Below are positions 29,317 to 38,111 of a DNA stretch of 52,849 nt, one piece after another (the stretch's first letter is position 1; each line of letters opens with the position of its first letter). The notes below the pieces were generated by a model. The model had not been told where the DNA came from. It saw nothing but the letters and a program-made list of their open reading frames with translations, and ran no database searches. This DNA comes from Candidatus Hermodarchaeota archaeon (GTDB lineage: Archaea; Asgardarchaeota; Hermodarchaeia; Hermodarchaeales; Hermodarchaeaceae), in the NCBI GenBank assembly GCA_016840065.1, contig JAEOTB010000032.1, positions 1-52,849 of the forward strand, in the 5' to 3' direction. Position numbers and translations under genes: made by a program.

Positions 29317-30513
29317 TTGGGTACAAAGTTCGCCCAAAAAATTAACGAAGCATTCGTTGAGCATGAGAAGTGGCGGCGACGCTGTTTGAATCTTATTCCC
29401 TCTGAAAACGTGACCAGCCCATTGGTACGGAGGATGCTTGCGTCTGATTTTGGTCACCGCTACTATTGGGATGAACCATGGTATGGCGGGCAGAAATTTT
29501 CTGAACAAATTGAACAACTGGCTGTAGAGGCTGCAAAGCAACTCTACGGTGCCAAGTATGCCAATGTTCGAGCGCTATCAGGGCATATGTCACTAATGGC
29601 TGCACTGATGGGTCTTTTAGAGCCAGGTGACACTGTGGTGATTTCTGACACAGAAAATGGGGGTTATCCTCTCAATCTACAAGCGCGCTTCCCACTGAAT
29701 ATTCACTATTTCCCATACCTTAAGGAAAGATATGTAATGGACAAGGATGGTGCGGTAGAGCTTATTGAGAGGGTGAAACCACGATTGGTGGTTCTCGGTG
29801 CCAGTCTCTTTCCTTTCCCCCATCCTGTTCAAGAGGTAGCCAAAGCGGCGCGTAGCGTAGGAGCTATTCCTATCTTTGATGGATCACATGTGTTGGGTCT
29901 CATCGCAGGGCGCCAGTTCCAAGACCCCTTTGGTGAGGGAGCGGAAATCATGTTGGGAAGTACCCATAAGACACTCTTTGGCCCGCAAGGGGGGATTGTG
30001 CTGGTGAAAGATAATATGGAACTCGCAGAGAAGATTGATTTGACTCTTCGAGCACCGCCAGTGTTAGTGGATAATTTCCATATGAACCGAGTTGCTGGGC
30101 TGGGAGTTGCGCTAGCTGAATTACTCTCTTTTGGTGAGGAGTATGCGCGGCAGGTAGTACTCAACGCCCAAACACTCGCCAAATCCTTACATGAAAACGG
30201 AATTAGTGTTGTTGGGGAAAAGAGGGGATTCACCAAGTCTCATCAAGTTCTCCTTCACGTGGAAAACAGTGATGAAGGTCTACGCATCCGAGACCAGTTG
30301 GAGGCTGCAGATATTATCGCTGATGTTGGTGTAAGGCTGGGTTCTCAAGAACTAACAAGATTGGGTATGAAAGAACCCGAGATGGTTGAAGTAGCCAGAC
30401 TAGTTAGTGCTATACTAATCGACAAAGAACCCACCGAGCAGGTGAAAACCCGCGTGCATAGACTAATTGATCAATTCCAAGAAGTCACATTCCATTTCAA
30501 GGAATTAGGCTAG
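29317..30513 (+). CDS. glyA: serine hydroxymethyltransferase-family PLP enzyme (divergent)
   Basis: NLIPSEN, DGSHVLGL, GSTHKTLFGPQGG and GVRLGSQELTRLG; YAEG and GGH motifs altered. Confidence 0.75.
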   Translation: MGTKFAQKINEAFVEHEKWRRRCLNLIPSENVTSPLVRRMLASDFGHRYYWDEPWYGGQKFSEQIEQLAVEAAKQLYGAKYANVRALSGHMSLMAALMGLLEPGDTVVISDTENGGYPLNLQARFPLNIHYFPYLKERYVMDKDGAVELIERVKPRLVVLGASLFPFPHPVQEVAKAARSVGAIPIFDGSHVLGLIAGRQFQDPFGEGAEIMLGSTHKTLFGPQGGIVLVKDNMELAEKIDLTLRAPPVLVDNFHMNRVAGLGVALAELLSFGEEYARQVVLNAQTLAKSLHENGISVVGEKRGFTKSHQVLLHVENSDEGLRIRDQLEAADIIADVGVRLGSQELTRLGMKEPEMVEVARLVSAILIDKEPTEQVKTRVHRLIDQFQEVTFHFKELG

Positions 30514-30606
30514 ACACAAGACTTTATAGAAGAGCACCTAGAATCCCTGAAAAGGATAAGATATTACAAGGGTGCTATGCTTTCAAGGAGATAGAGGTAC
30601 CGTTTT

Positions 30607-31644
30607 ATGATTCGAATTTTCATGGTTGACCAAGGTGAATGCAACAGAGTCGCTCGGTTGGAAGAGCTAGCGGAATATTCTACGCAGCCAGATCTACTTT
30701 GGATAACTGTGATGACACCAACTGACACCGAGTTATCTTCGTTATGTCATTATCTTTCTGCGGTCACCTCCAAGAACATTGATGACAAGAGTCTAACTGC
30801 AGTAATGCAACATGTCCCCCATGTGTCAACAAAGTATCACAGGTTCTTCGTGTTTTCAGCTCTGCACCTACCGTTGATGGTTGCCCAGCCCAATATATCG
30901 TATAAACCATACCTGATTCTCTTGGGCGACCGTGTAGTAATCACTATTGGTGATCATCTTCCACTAGGATCATTGAATGAAGTTGAAGAAACTATAAGGA
31001 ACTTCACCAGAGCTGGACGCCAGGTCACGGCATCAACAGTTACTGTTCGGATTCTACAAGAAATCGTGGAAATGAACTCTGAGGCAATAAGGGGGATTGT
31101 CTCGAAAGCCACAGAACTCTCAGGGCGGTTCACTGAAGTTGATATCAATGAACTGCTATCAGAGATAACAAGGCTTCGGAAAGTCCTTGGAGAGGCTTAC
31201 AACCACCTTCTAGACCAGCGGGGGATTGTCGACATCATCCTGCAACATGTTCCCCGGCATCTTGATCTCTCAGACCGGCGATTATTAGCACTCATACAAG
31301 CATCTCAAACTGAACTGGAACGCCAACAGCAGACACTAGAAATTCAGTCCAGGGCTATGTCGGATCTTGTTTCCTTGCATAGTGTCCTTCTTTCAAACCG
31401 GTTGAACAAGGTTATCTTGACGCTTACATCGATTACTGTTCTTACTGCATTCATCACAGTAGTTACCAATGTTTTCGGAATGAATGCTAATCTTTTCAAT
31501 CCCCTGCCTTCAATTCTCTTCTTCGGGGTACCTATACCTGTTTGGCAGATAGAATTCATCTTGATAATAATCTCATTCCTTATTGGGCTAATTTGGCTAG
31601 TAAGGAAAGGATGGATTCGAATCCGATTGCCCTTTGAATCATAA
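30607..31644 (+). CDS. CorA-family Mg2+/divalent cation transporter
   Basis: Long stalk helix, NRLNKVI, FGMN motif and two C-terminal TM helices. Confidence 0.9.
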   Translation: MIRIFMVDQGECNRVARLEELAEYSTQPDLLWITVMTPTDTELSSLCHYLSAVTSKNIDDKSLTAVMQHVPHVSTKYHRFFVFSALHLPLMVAQPNISYKPYLILLGDRVVITIGDHLPLGSLNEVEETIRNFTRAGRQVTASTVTVRILQEIVEMNSEAIRGIVSKATELSGRFTEVDINELLSEITRLRKVLGEAYNHLLDQRGIVDIILQHVPRHLDLSDRRLLALIQASQTELERQQQTLEIQSRAMSDLVSLHSVLLSNRLNKVILTLTSITVLTAFITVVTNVFGMNANLFNPLPSILFFGVPIPVWQIEFILIIISFLIGLIWLVRKGWIRIRLPFES

Positions 31645-31681
31645 CTATTACTTTTCAGTAAACACAGCGAGTGTGACTTAC

Positions 31682-32569
31682 ATGATAGGCTCAGGAAAAG
31701 TAGTGACATTAGACCAAGCTATACAGCAACTAGTTCCAGATGGGAGTCAGATATACCTTGAGGGAATATTAGCAAACAGAGCACCAATGGCTGCAATTCA
31801 CGAGATAATAAGAGCGCGGCGACGTGGGCTTCGACTGGTTTCTGCTCCTAATGGTTTAGCCATCGACCAGTTGATTGGAGCTGGTTGTGCAGACGAAATC
31901 GAATTCTATTTTCTTGGTTTCATGAATATAGATGGTTTTCAAACTATGCGCCAGTTTCGTTCAGCAGTTGAAACAGGTGCAATTAAAACAAAGGAAAGCA
32001 TGGGTTACGCTGTCTGCATGGCATTACGGGCAGGGGCTTACGGAATCCCCTTTATACCGATTCCAGATTTCCAAGGGTCCGACCTCCTCAAAGTCAGAGA
32101 AGATTACAGGATTATGCCTTCTCCATACAATTCAACTGAAATCACCGTGATTGTTCCTGCATTACAACCTGACGTTCTCCTTCTTCACGCCCACATCGCA
32201 GATGAACAAGGTAATGTTGTCTTAGATGAGCCTTGGCCAATGTTTACCCTAACTACAGCTCAAGCTTGCCAGAAAGTTTTGGTGACTGTAGAGGAAGTAG
32301 TAGAAGCTGATACTCTAGAGCCCAACCGAATTATTATTCCTCACTTCCTCGTTGACGCGGTGGTTCAGGTTCCCTTCGGTGCGGCACCCACAGCTCTGAA
32401 CAAAAGGTATGAAGTAGATAATAATCACATTGCACTATACCAGCAGTCAGCAAAATCCACTGAAGGATTCGCACAATACCTCGACGAATACATCTTTGGT
32501 TGCTCCAATCACGAGGCATTCATAGAAAAGATTGGTGAACCTCGAGAGTGGATTCGGGGGCTTGACTAG
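31682..32569 (+). CDS. CoA-transferase family I fold, subunit A (GctA/AibA-like)
   Basis: RAPMA, LIGAGC, LRAGAYGIPFIP, PDVLLLHA..AD..GN and VTVEEVV motifs. Confidence 0.88.
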   Translation: MIGSGKVVTLDQAIQQLVPDGSQIYLEGILANRAPMAAIHEIIRARRRGLRLVSAPNGLAIDQLIGAGCADEIEFYFLGFMNIDGFQTMRQFRSAVETGAIKTKESMGYAVCMALRAGAYGIPFIPIPDFQGSDLLKVREDYRIMPSPYNSTEITVIVPALQPDVLLLHAHIADEQGNVVLDEPWPMFTLTTAQACQKVLVTVEEVVEADTLEPNRIIIPHFLVDAVVQVPFGAAPTALNKRYEVDNNHIALYQQSAKSTEGFAQYLDEYIFGCSNHEAFIEKIGEPREWIRGLD

Positions 32570-32570
32570 G

Positions 32571-33347
32571 ATGGCATTCACTTTCCCTGAGTTAATTATT
32601 ACTACCCTGTCCCGTCAGCTTAAGGATGGAGAGCGAGTATTCACGGGAGTAGCAAGTCCGGTTCAGATGATGGCTACTTTGCTTGCAAAGGCTACACATG
32701 CCCCCAATCTCCTCTATTTCACTATTCTAGGAACGATAAACCCTCAGCCCCATAGGTTGCCGTATTCCACTGGAGATCCTCATCTCTTTGACCGCTGCTC
32801 TAATGCAATAACCTTCCCTGAGATTTTTGATTTAGCGAATCGTGGTCGCATGGATGTTGCCTTTCTTGGTGGCACGCAAATTGACAAGTTTGGCAGCCTG
32901 AATATGAGCATAATAGGGAAAGACCCCTCTCGCCCGAAGGTTCGCTTACCTGGAGGAGCTGGAGGGCCTTTGATGATTCGAAGCTTCAAACGAGTTATTT
33001 CTTGGAGGTCGCGCCATAGTCAGCGATGCCTTGTAGAACAATTACCATTCACCACAAGTCCAGGGTGGGTTCCACATATGAAAGGACAGAGGCGTGGGGG
33101 TCCAGATGTCGTGGTTACTGATCTCTGTGTCTTCAAGTTTAACAAACAAACCAGACAAGTCTACTTGGATTCCCTTCATCCAGAGGTTCGCTTTGAAACT
33201 GTTAAGGCAAAAACGGGATTTGGCTTTGATGTCCCCAAGCAGCCAAAGATAACACCCGAACCTTCAGAGGACGAACTCTTAATCCTTCGAAAAGTCATCG
33301 ACCCTGAGAAGATTAGGAATAGATTGATAAAACCTCCAGAGGTCTAG
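32571..33347 (+). CDS. CoA-transferase family I fold, subunit B lacking catalytic Glu (AibB-like)
   Basis: TGVASP, ATHAP, FLGGTQID..G..N, RLPGGAG and VTDLCVF; the ESG position reads ILG. Confidence 0.85.
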   Translation: MAFTFPELIITTLSRQLKDGERVFTGVASPVQMMATLLAKATHAPNLLYFTILGTINPQPHRLPYSTGDPHLFDRCSNAITFPEIFDLANRGRMDVAFLGGTQIDKFGSLNMSIIGKDPSRPKVRLPGGAGGPLMIRSFKRVISWRSRHSQRCLVEQLPFTTSPGWVPHMKGQRRGGPDVVVTDLCVFKFNKQTRQVYLDSLHPEVRFETVKAKTGFGFDVPKQPKITPEPSEDELLILRKVIDPEKIRNRLIKPPEV

Positions 33348-33395
33348 AAAGGAATGGTGTATAGTCAGCAGTATTGGACTCAAAATGTCGTAATG

Positions 33396-33403
33396 TTTAT
33401 AAG
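33396..33403 (+). promoter_or_regulatory. TATA box of rpo5
   Basis: TTTATAAG ~60 bp upstream of the start. Confidence 0.55.
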
Positions 33404-33461
33404 CGGATTTCAGCACTGTCGCCGAAACGAGGTTGCGGGTGCATAGCCTTTTCTAATAAAT

Positions 33462-34028
33462 TTGGGTGATCTTGTGGAATTAACTGGAAGACAAATGGCC
33501 TTCATTGAAAAACTTCTTGAAAGGCGTGGATTCGAAAAGACCGGAGAAGACGAGGAACATGAGGACTATCATGACATCTATTCAAAATCGACTAAACCGA
33601 GATCGAAAGAGACGCTCCTACTCAGAGTTTTTCTTGGAAAGGATGTTATAGGTGTCGAAATCCTCCGAAATTTGGTGAAAGCACAGGAGGAAGACGAATA
33701 CACTAGGGCAGTCCTCATTGGCGGCGAAAGATACACCTATGCAGCTCGCCGCGAAGCAAAGGAAAAGAATGTTGAACTGCTTCATCGGAGATTTCTTTCA
33801 ATAGACCTTTTCATGCACATTATCGTACCAGAGCATGATGTTATACCTGAAGATGAAGTCGAAGAAGTCGAAGCAAAGTATGGCATCAACCGCAGTCAGT
33901 TACCAAAGATAAAAGCAGGTGATCCTGCCGCAAAGGCTATAGGCGCACGTCCAGGTGATGTCATTCGGATTATAAGGGAATCCCCGACTGCCGGGCGCCA
34001 TGTAATCTACCGATACTGCATTCCCTAG
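33462..34028 (+). CDS. rpoH: RNA polymerase subunit Rpo5/H with N-terminal RPB5-like domain
   Basis: C-terminal HIIVPEH...QLPKI...DP...GARPGDVIRIIRESPTAG...YR, plus a ~110-aa N-terminal extension. Alternative GTG start at 33474. Confidence 0.92.
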   Translation: MGDLVELTGRQMAFIEKLLERRGFEKTGEDEEHEDYHDIYSKSTKPRSKETLLLRVFLGKDVIGVEILRNLVKAQEEDEYTRAVLIGGERYTYAARREAKEKNVELLHRRFLSIDLFMHIIVPEHDVIPEDEVEEVEAKYGINRSQLPKIKAGDPAAKAIGARPGDVIRIIRESPTAGRHVIYRYCIP

Positions 34029-34035
34029 CTTAGGG

Positions 34036-35028
34036 CTAGTGGCCTGTATAGAAATCTTCTACCTGACGATGAGAAGGAAGGCTTGTCATTGCACCTTTTT
34101 TTGTGATAGCAAGAGCGGCGACTGCGCTACCTTGCTTTACTGCTCTTTTCAATGGGAGCCCTTCAACAAGCCCTGCGATTAACCCTGCGTTGAACGCGTC
34201 CCCTGCACCAGTCGTATCCACTACTTCAACAGGAAAGGCAGTCTGCTGAAATTCTTCGACGGTGCCATCTGAAGAGACTTTCACCACATGTACACCATCA
34301 GATCCCTGTTTTATGCAAATTACCCGTGGACCTTGTTCCAGAATCTTGTGAATGGCTTCTTGGAGATCTTGAGTTTCTGTGAGTAGAAGTAACTCTTCGG
34401 TTGACGGCAGGAAGAAATCGGTAAGAGGTAAGATACGTATGACTTCTTGTCTGCACTCACCGATACCTTCCCTCCATAGGTCCAGGCGGAGGTTTGGATC
34501 GAAGGTCACAGTGGCACCACTTTCTTTTACAATTTCAGCTGCTCGTCTTGTAGCCTGTCGAGCTGGTTCACGTGTAAGGCTCACTGAGCCAATATGAAGG
34601 AAATTCGCCTGCATTAGCCATTTACGAGGTAATTCCTCCTGAGCGAGTAGGAGGTCAGCACATGGATCTCGGTAGAAGAAGAAGTCAGGCTTTCCAGTGG
34701 AGGAGAGAGCTACGAAGGCGATTGCTGTGGGTGCTTCTGATGTCGTGAGTAGGCTCTGTGTATTAACACCATTTGATTGAAGTGTCTCTCTGAGGAATCT
34801 ACCGAATTGGTCGTTACCAACTTTGCCGATAAATCCACAGGATATACCTAAGCGAGCCAAGCCCACTGCTACATTAGCTGGCGCACCGCCAGGACATTTA
34901 CGGAAACTTGGAACAGTCGTTAATGACCCCTGTGTATCAGCTATAAAATCTATCAGCACTTCGCCAAGGCAGAGAACACTCGGTGATGATGAATCATTTG
35001 GTGCCAAAGACAATGTAATTTCAACCAT
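34036..35028 (-). CDS. PfkB-family carbohydrate kinase (fructokinase-like)
   Basis: GEVLID, PGGAPANVA, VG.D.FG, FDPNLR and VDTTGAGDAF motifs. Confidence 0.95.
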   Translation of the reverse strand: MVEITLSLAPNDSSSPSVLCLGEVLIDFIADTQGSLTTVPSFRKCPGGAPANVAVGLARLGISCGFIGKVGNDQFGRFLRETLQSNGVNTQSLLTTSEAPTAIAFVALSSTGKPDFFFYRDPCADLLLAQEELPRKWLMQANFLHIGSVSLTREPARQATRRAAEIVKESGATVTFDPNLRLDLWREGIGECRQEVIRILPLTDFFLPSTEELLLLTETQDLQEAIHKILEQGPRVICIKQGSDGVHVVKVSSDGTVEEFQQTAFPVEVVDTTGAGDAFNAGLIAGLVEGLPLKRAVKQGSAVAALAITKKGAMTSLPSHRQVEDFYTGH

Positions 35029-35043
35029 TAGATTTTGTTCGAC

Positions 35044-35823
35044 CTAGAAGTTAAACGTCATATTATCTTTGGCAATGAAAAGCTTGCCGCTAAAGTGAAG
35101 ACGTACAGCAGCCCTAATTGCTCGGGAATTCCGGAGACGAATACCAGAGAGATGAATAAGAATCAAGGCGTCTACGTTAGCACGGGCGGCATCAGCACCA
35201 GCATTTTGTGGCGTCGAATGACCTTTTCGAATAGACAGTAATCGACCAGTAGCAAACGTAGAATCATGAAACCATGCGTTGGCATCTTGGGCCATAGTTA
35301 GTAGTGTAGGACACCTTGGGCCAGTATCTGGAGTAATTATCACACGTTTATCACCCTGGCAGAAGGCATAGCCTGCCGTTAGCGTAGTATGACATGCGGC
35401 TGCTGCTCTTACCTCGGTTCTTGAAGCCGAGAGCCAATCGATGACACATGGTATATCTGGCGTAAAGGGTTGAATCTGGACAAAAGAGGGAATCTTGTTA
35501 TGATTGAATATGCGTATAATTTGGTGGATGATTTGAACTGTGTTTACTGGACAGACTATTTTGAGAGGATGGGTTCGCCTCATACGGCGCATCCGTCGGA
35601 TAAGGGCACCAATGAATCCGACATGATCGGGGTGGTTATGTGTTATGTAAATTCGTTTGGTGTAGAGAACGTCTTTTCGAAAGCCCATTATTCTCCAAGA
35701 GCCTGCGTCAACAAGTACTGCATCACCTCCCCCGAGATTTAGGAATAGACTTGTCCAACTGCGGCGGAGGGTTGGAAGGAAAGATGAACTACCAAGAACA
35801 GTAACCTGCAATTTATTAAACAT
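35044..35823 (-). CDS. RNase Z-like MBL-fold hydrolase
   Basis: VLGS, VDAG, THNHPDH, PDT, HDSTF, GHST and IHLS motifs. Confidence 0.82.
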   Translation of the reverse strand: MFNKLQVTVLGSSSFLPTLRRSWTSLFLNLGGGDAVLVDAGSWRIMGFRKDVLYTKRIYITHNHPDHVGFIGALIRRMRRMRRTHPLKIVCPVNTVQIIHQIIRIFNHNKIPSFVQIQPFTPDIPCVIDWLSASRTEVRAAAACHTTLTAGYAFCQGDKRVIITPDTGPRCPTLLTMAQDANAWFHDSTFATGRLLSIRKGHSTPQNAGADAARANVDALILIHLSGIRLRNSRAIRAAVRLHFSGKLFIAKDNMTFNF

Positions 35824-35865
35824 CTCAAGTTGATGGTTTTTCTTTGCCCCAGAAGAAGATTAGGA

Positions 35866-36462
35866 TTATTTGGTGGTCTTGGGTTCCTCTCCAGTAGAAG
35901 CCGACGCAATTACTGAAACAACCTCGATTAAGCTAATGCTATACAGTAGGGAAGCAAGAAGCCATTGTTTGCCCTCAGCAACTCTGCATAAGATTCGATA
36001 ATAGATTGGAGGTGGATATTTTCTGAACTGAATACGAGCAACTACAGAGGCGGGAGTGCGAAGAAAAGCCTCAGTTGGTGTTACGTGAATGAAATGAGCG
36101 ATTGTTTTTCGTTGAGCGTCTCGAAGAGGAAAAACACCCTGAGAAGAGTGTAGAAGAGAAAGGATTTCCACATCCTCTTCATACAACCTGTAAATCCTTG
36201 AAGAACCTATAGGGACAATTTTCACCACGAGTTGCCTTTCCTCATTGGCCTCGATCTTATAAACGAGGTAGCGGATTTTTGGTGGCAAACGCTGGACAAT
36301 CCGAAAAACGAGGTCTCCTTTCTCGTCGGTGACTCGCAGAAACCCTCCAATAGGATGAGGTCTGGGCTCGATTGTATAGTGCTTTAAACTGGACTGCTGT
36401 GGTTCAGGTACACTAGCAGGATTGGATGAAGCCATTGGTTCTGTGATTTCCTCCTTTTCCAT
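35866..36462 (-). CDS. hypothetical protein, possible LURP-one/scramblase (Tubby-C) fold
   Basis: Series of short beta-strands (FLRVTDEKGDLVFRI, FPLRDAQRKTIAHF) ending in a hydrophobic helix LLASLLYSI. Confidence 0.5.
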   Translation of the reverse strand: MEKEEITEPMASSNPASVPEPQQSSLKHYTIEPRPHPIGGFLRVTDEKGDLVFRIVQRLPPKIRYLVYKIEANEERQLVVKIVPIGSSRIYRLYEEDVEILSLLHSSQGVFPLRDAQRKTIAHFIHVTPTEAFLRTPASVVARIQFRKYPPPIYYRILCRVAEGKQWLLASLLYSISLIEVVSVIASASTGEEPKTTK

Positions 36463-38085
36463 CTAGGGTAATGGAGGTACAATTCGTGTACCCCGCGGGA
36501 ACTCGACATCAAATCGGTAGGTGATTTTCTCTTCACCCTCAGCTGGAATCTCAAGTTCCCAAGTGAGAACTCCTAATTGATCCTTGTTGGGTTTGGGAGT
36601 GATTTTCCTGTCACCTACTTTTATTATTTCTGAGTCACTGTGAGGTATCCTGTCCATTATCTTGATTGGGCTCAGTTTCTTCCTGAAACTCTTGATGACT
36701 AGCTCGTAGCGATATTCTCGTGACACCTTTCCGCGAGTCAATCCGCTCTTCTCAGCACCCTTCCCAACCAACTTCTTCTCAACCTTGAGATCATAAGTGA
36801 ACCGCGTACCCACATCGACTTTCTCGTGAGGCGCAATGACTTTGAGAACTGTTTCCCCGAGGTAGTCGTCACCACTATAGACCTTTGCTTTGCCTGGGAG
36901 CATTATCGAGTCGCCGTTCTCTACTGTAGTAACTTCTATAGCTTCCGCAAAGTCTGTTGCATTCCAGAAGTATCTGCGTTCAGCGGAGAGTTTAGTGTGA
37001 CTGGTCCGGAACTGGTGGGGTTCCCCGTCGGCAGGAATCTTTACTGGCTCTGGTAGTACAAAGACAAAGACCCCTCCCACCTCAACAGCTGTTGCAGTTG
37101 CTTGGTCCATCTCTGGTGGCGGCGCAGTAGGAGCTAGTGCTGGCCGATCTCCCATCCCAGCAAGGAGTTCTTCACCTTCGTCCGCTGCACCACTTTCCGC
37201 CTTTTCCTTTGCCAGCCTTCTTCTTACACGAGTAGCTCCTGCTGCAGGAGTAGGTGGTGGGGGAACATACTCCCTTAGAAGGTAGGGGTGTGGCTCAGTA
37301 ATTGTGGCTGGTCGACTAGAAGCAGTAGAAACTGTGAGCCGGACATCGTTCCAATCCTCAAGAGTATTATTCCTTACCACTGAATACATCGTGATTTCGG
37401 CTTCTTCCTCTTTCAGATCAATGTCATACGACGGAACCCATAACGCCCTTCTGACGAAATAGGTGATGTTGAACTCGCACTTACCAGCCTTTTCTGCCTC
37501 TACATTCAATAGAATAGTGTTTGTGACCTCGTATTGTTGTACCGTGCGGCGGAACTTGGTTATCTCCCTGTTGATGATAGCTAATTCCTTCTGTGTGGCC
37601 TCTAATTTATCCTGAACCTGTAACCGGGTATTCGCCAGTTTCTCAAGTTGAGTAGTTGTGAGCGTTTCCAGTGTAGATATTTGAGCTGTATCGCTTTCAC
37701 CAGCGGGAATCCACCTAGAAAACTCGGCAGCCGACTTTTCCAGTACTTGAGCGAAAAATTTCTCACGGTTTGATATTCGAGAAAGTTCTCGCTCAATTTG
37801 TTGTTTCTGAGTTTCTAGTTCTTCTTTCTGCTTGACAAGCTTGTCTAGTTTGGCAAAGCCAGTAGTCTCCACGGTAGTGTCCACTGTATCGAAGCTGATT
37901 ATTGAGGCGTACCCTCTTCCCTTAACTCGTACACTTTCCTTATCAAGAAATTGTGTAAGCTTCGGAACACCAAGTTTGTGTACGCCAGGTTGTAGGGTGA
38001 TTGAACCGCTGCGTTCGACGCGGGCACCATCGCGGTAAACTGTGACCGCGGTAATTTTTGTCTTGATTTCTGGTAATTTCTCCAT
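36463..38085 (-). CDS. DUF4140/DUF4139 (MuiA-family) protein, copy 2
   Basis: ITAVTVYRDGARVER, SVRV, coiled coil, W.P.YD, NNTLEDW.DV.L.VST and DRIP.S motifs. Confidence 0.88.
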   Translation of the reverse strand: MEKLPEIKTKITAVTVYRDGARVERSGSITLQPGVHKLGVPKLTQFLDKESVRVKGRGYASIISFDTVDTTVETTGFAKLDKLVKQKEELETQKQQIERELSRISNREKFFAQVLEKSAAEFSRWIPAGESDTAQISTLETLTTTQLEKLANTRLQVQDKLEATQKELAIINREITKFRRTVQQYEVTNTILLNVEAEKAGKCEFNITYFVRRALWVPSYDIDLKEEEAEITMYSVVRNNTLEDWNDVRLTVSTASSRPATITEPHPYLLREYVPPPPTPAAGATRVRRRLAKEKAESGAADEGEELLAGMGDRPALAPTAPPPEMDQATATAVEVGGVFVFVLPEPVKIPADGEPHQFRTSHTKLSAERRYFWNATDFAEAIEVTTVENGDSIMLPGKAKVYSGDDYLGETVLKVIAPHEKVDVGTRFTYDLKVEKKLVGKGAEKSGLTRGKVSREYRYELVIKSFRKKLSPIKIMDRIPHSDSEIIKVGDRKITPKPNKDQLGVLTWELEIPAEGEEKITYRFDVEFPRGTRIVPPLP

Positions 38086-38111
38086 AATTATCACCTTTCC
38101 TTTCTACTCCA

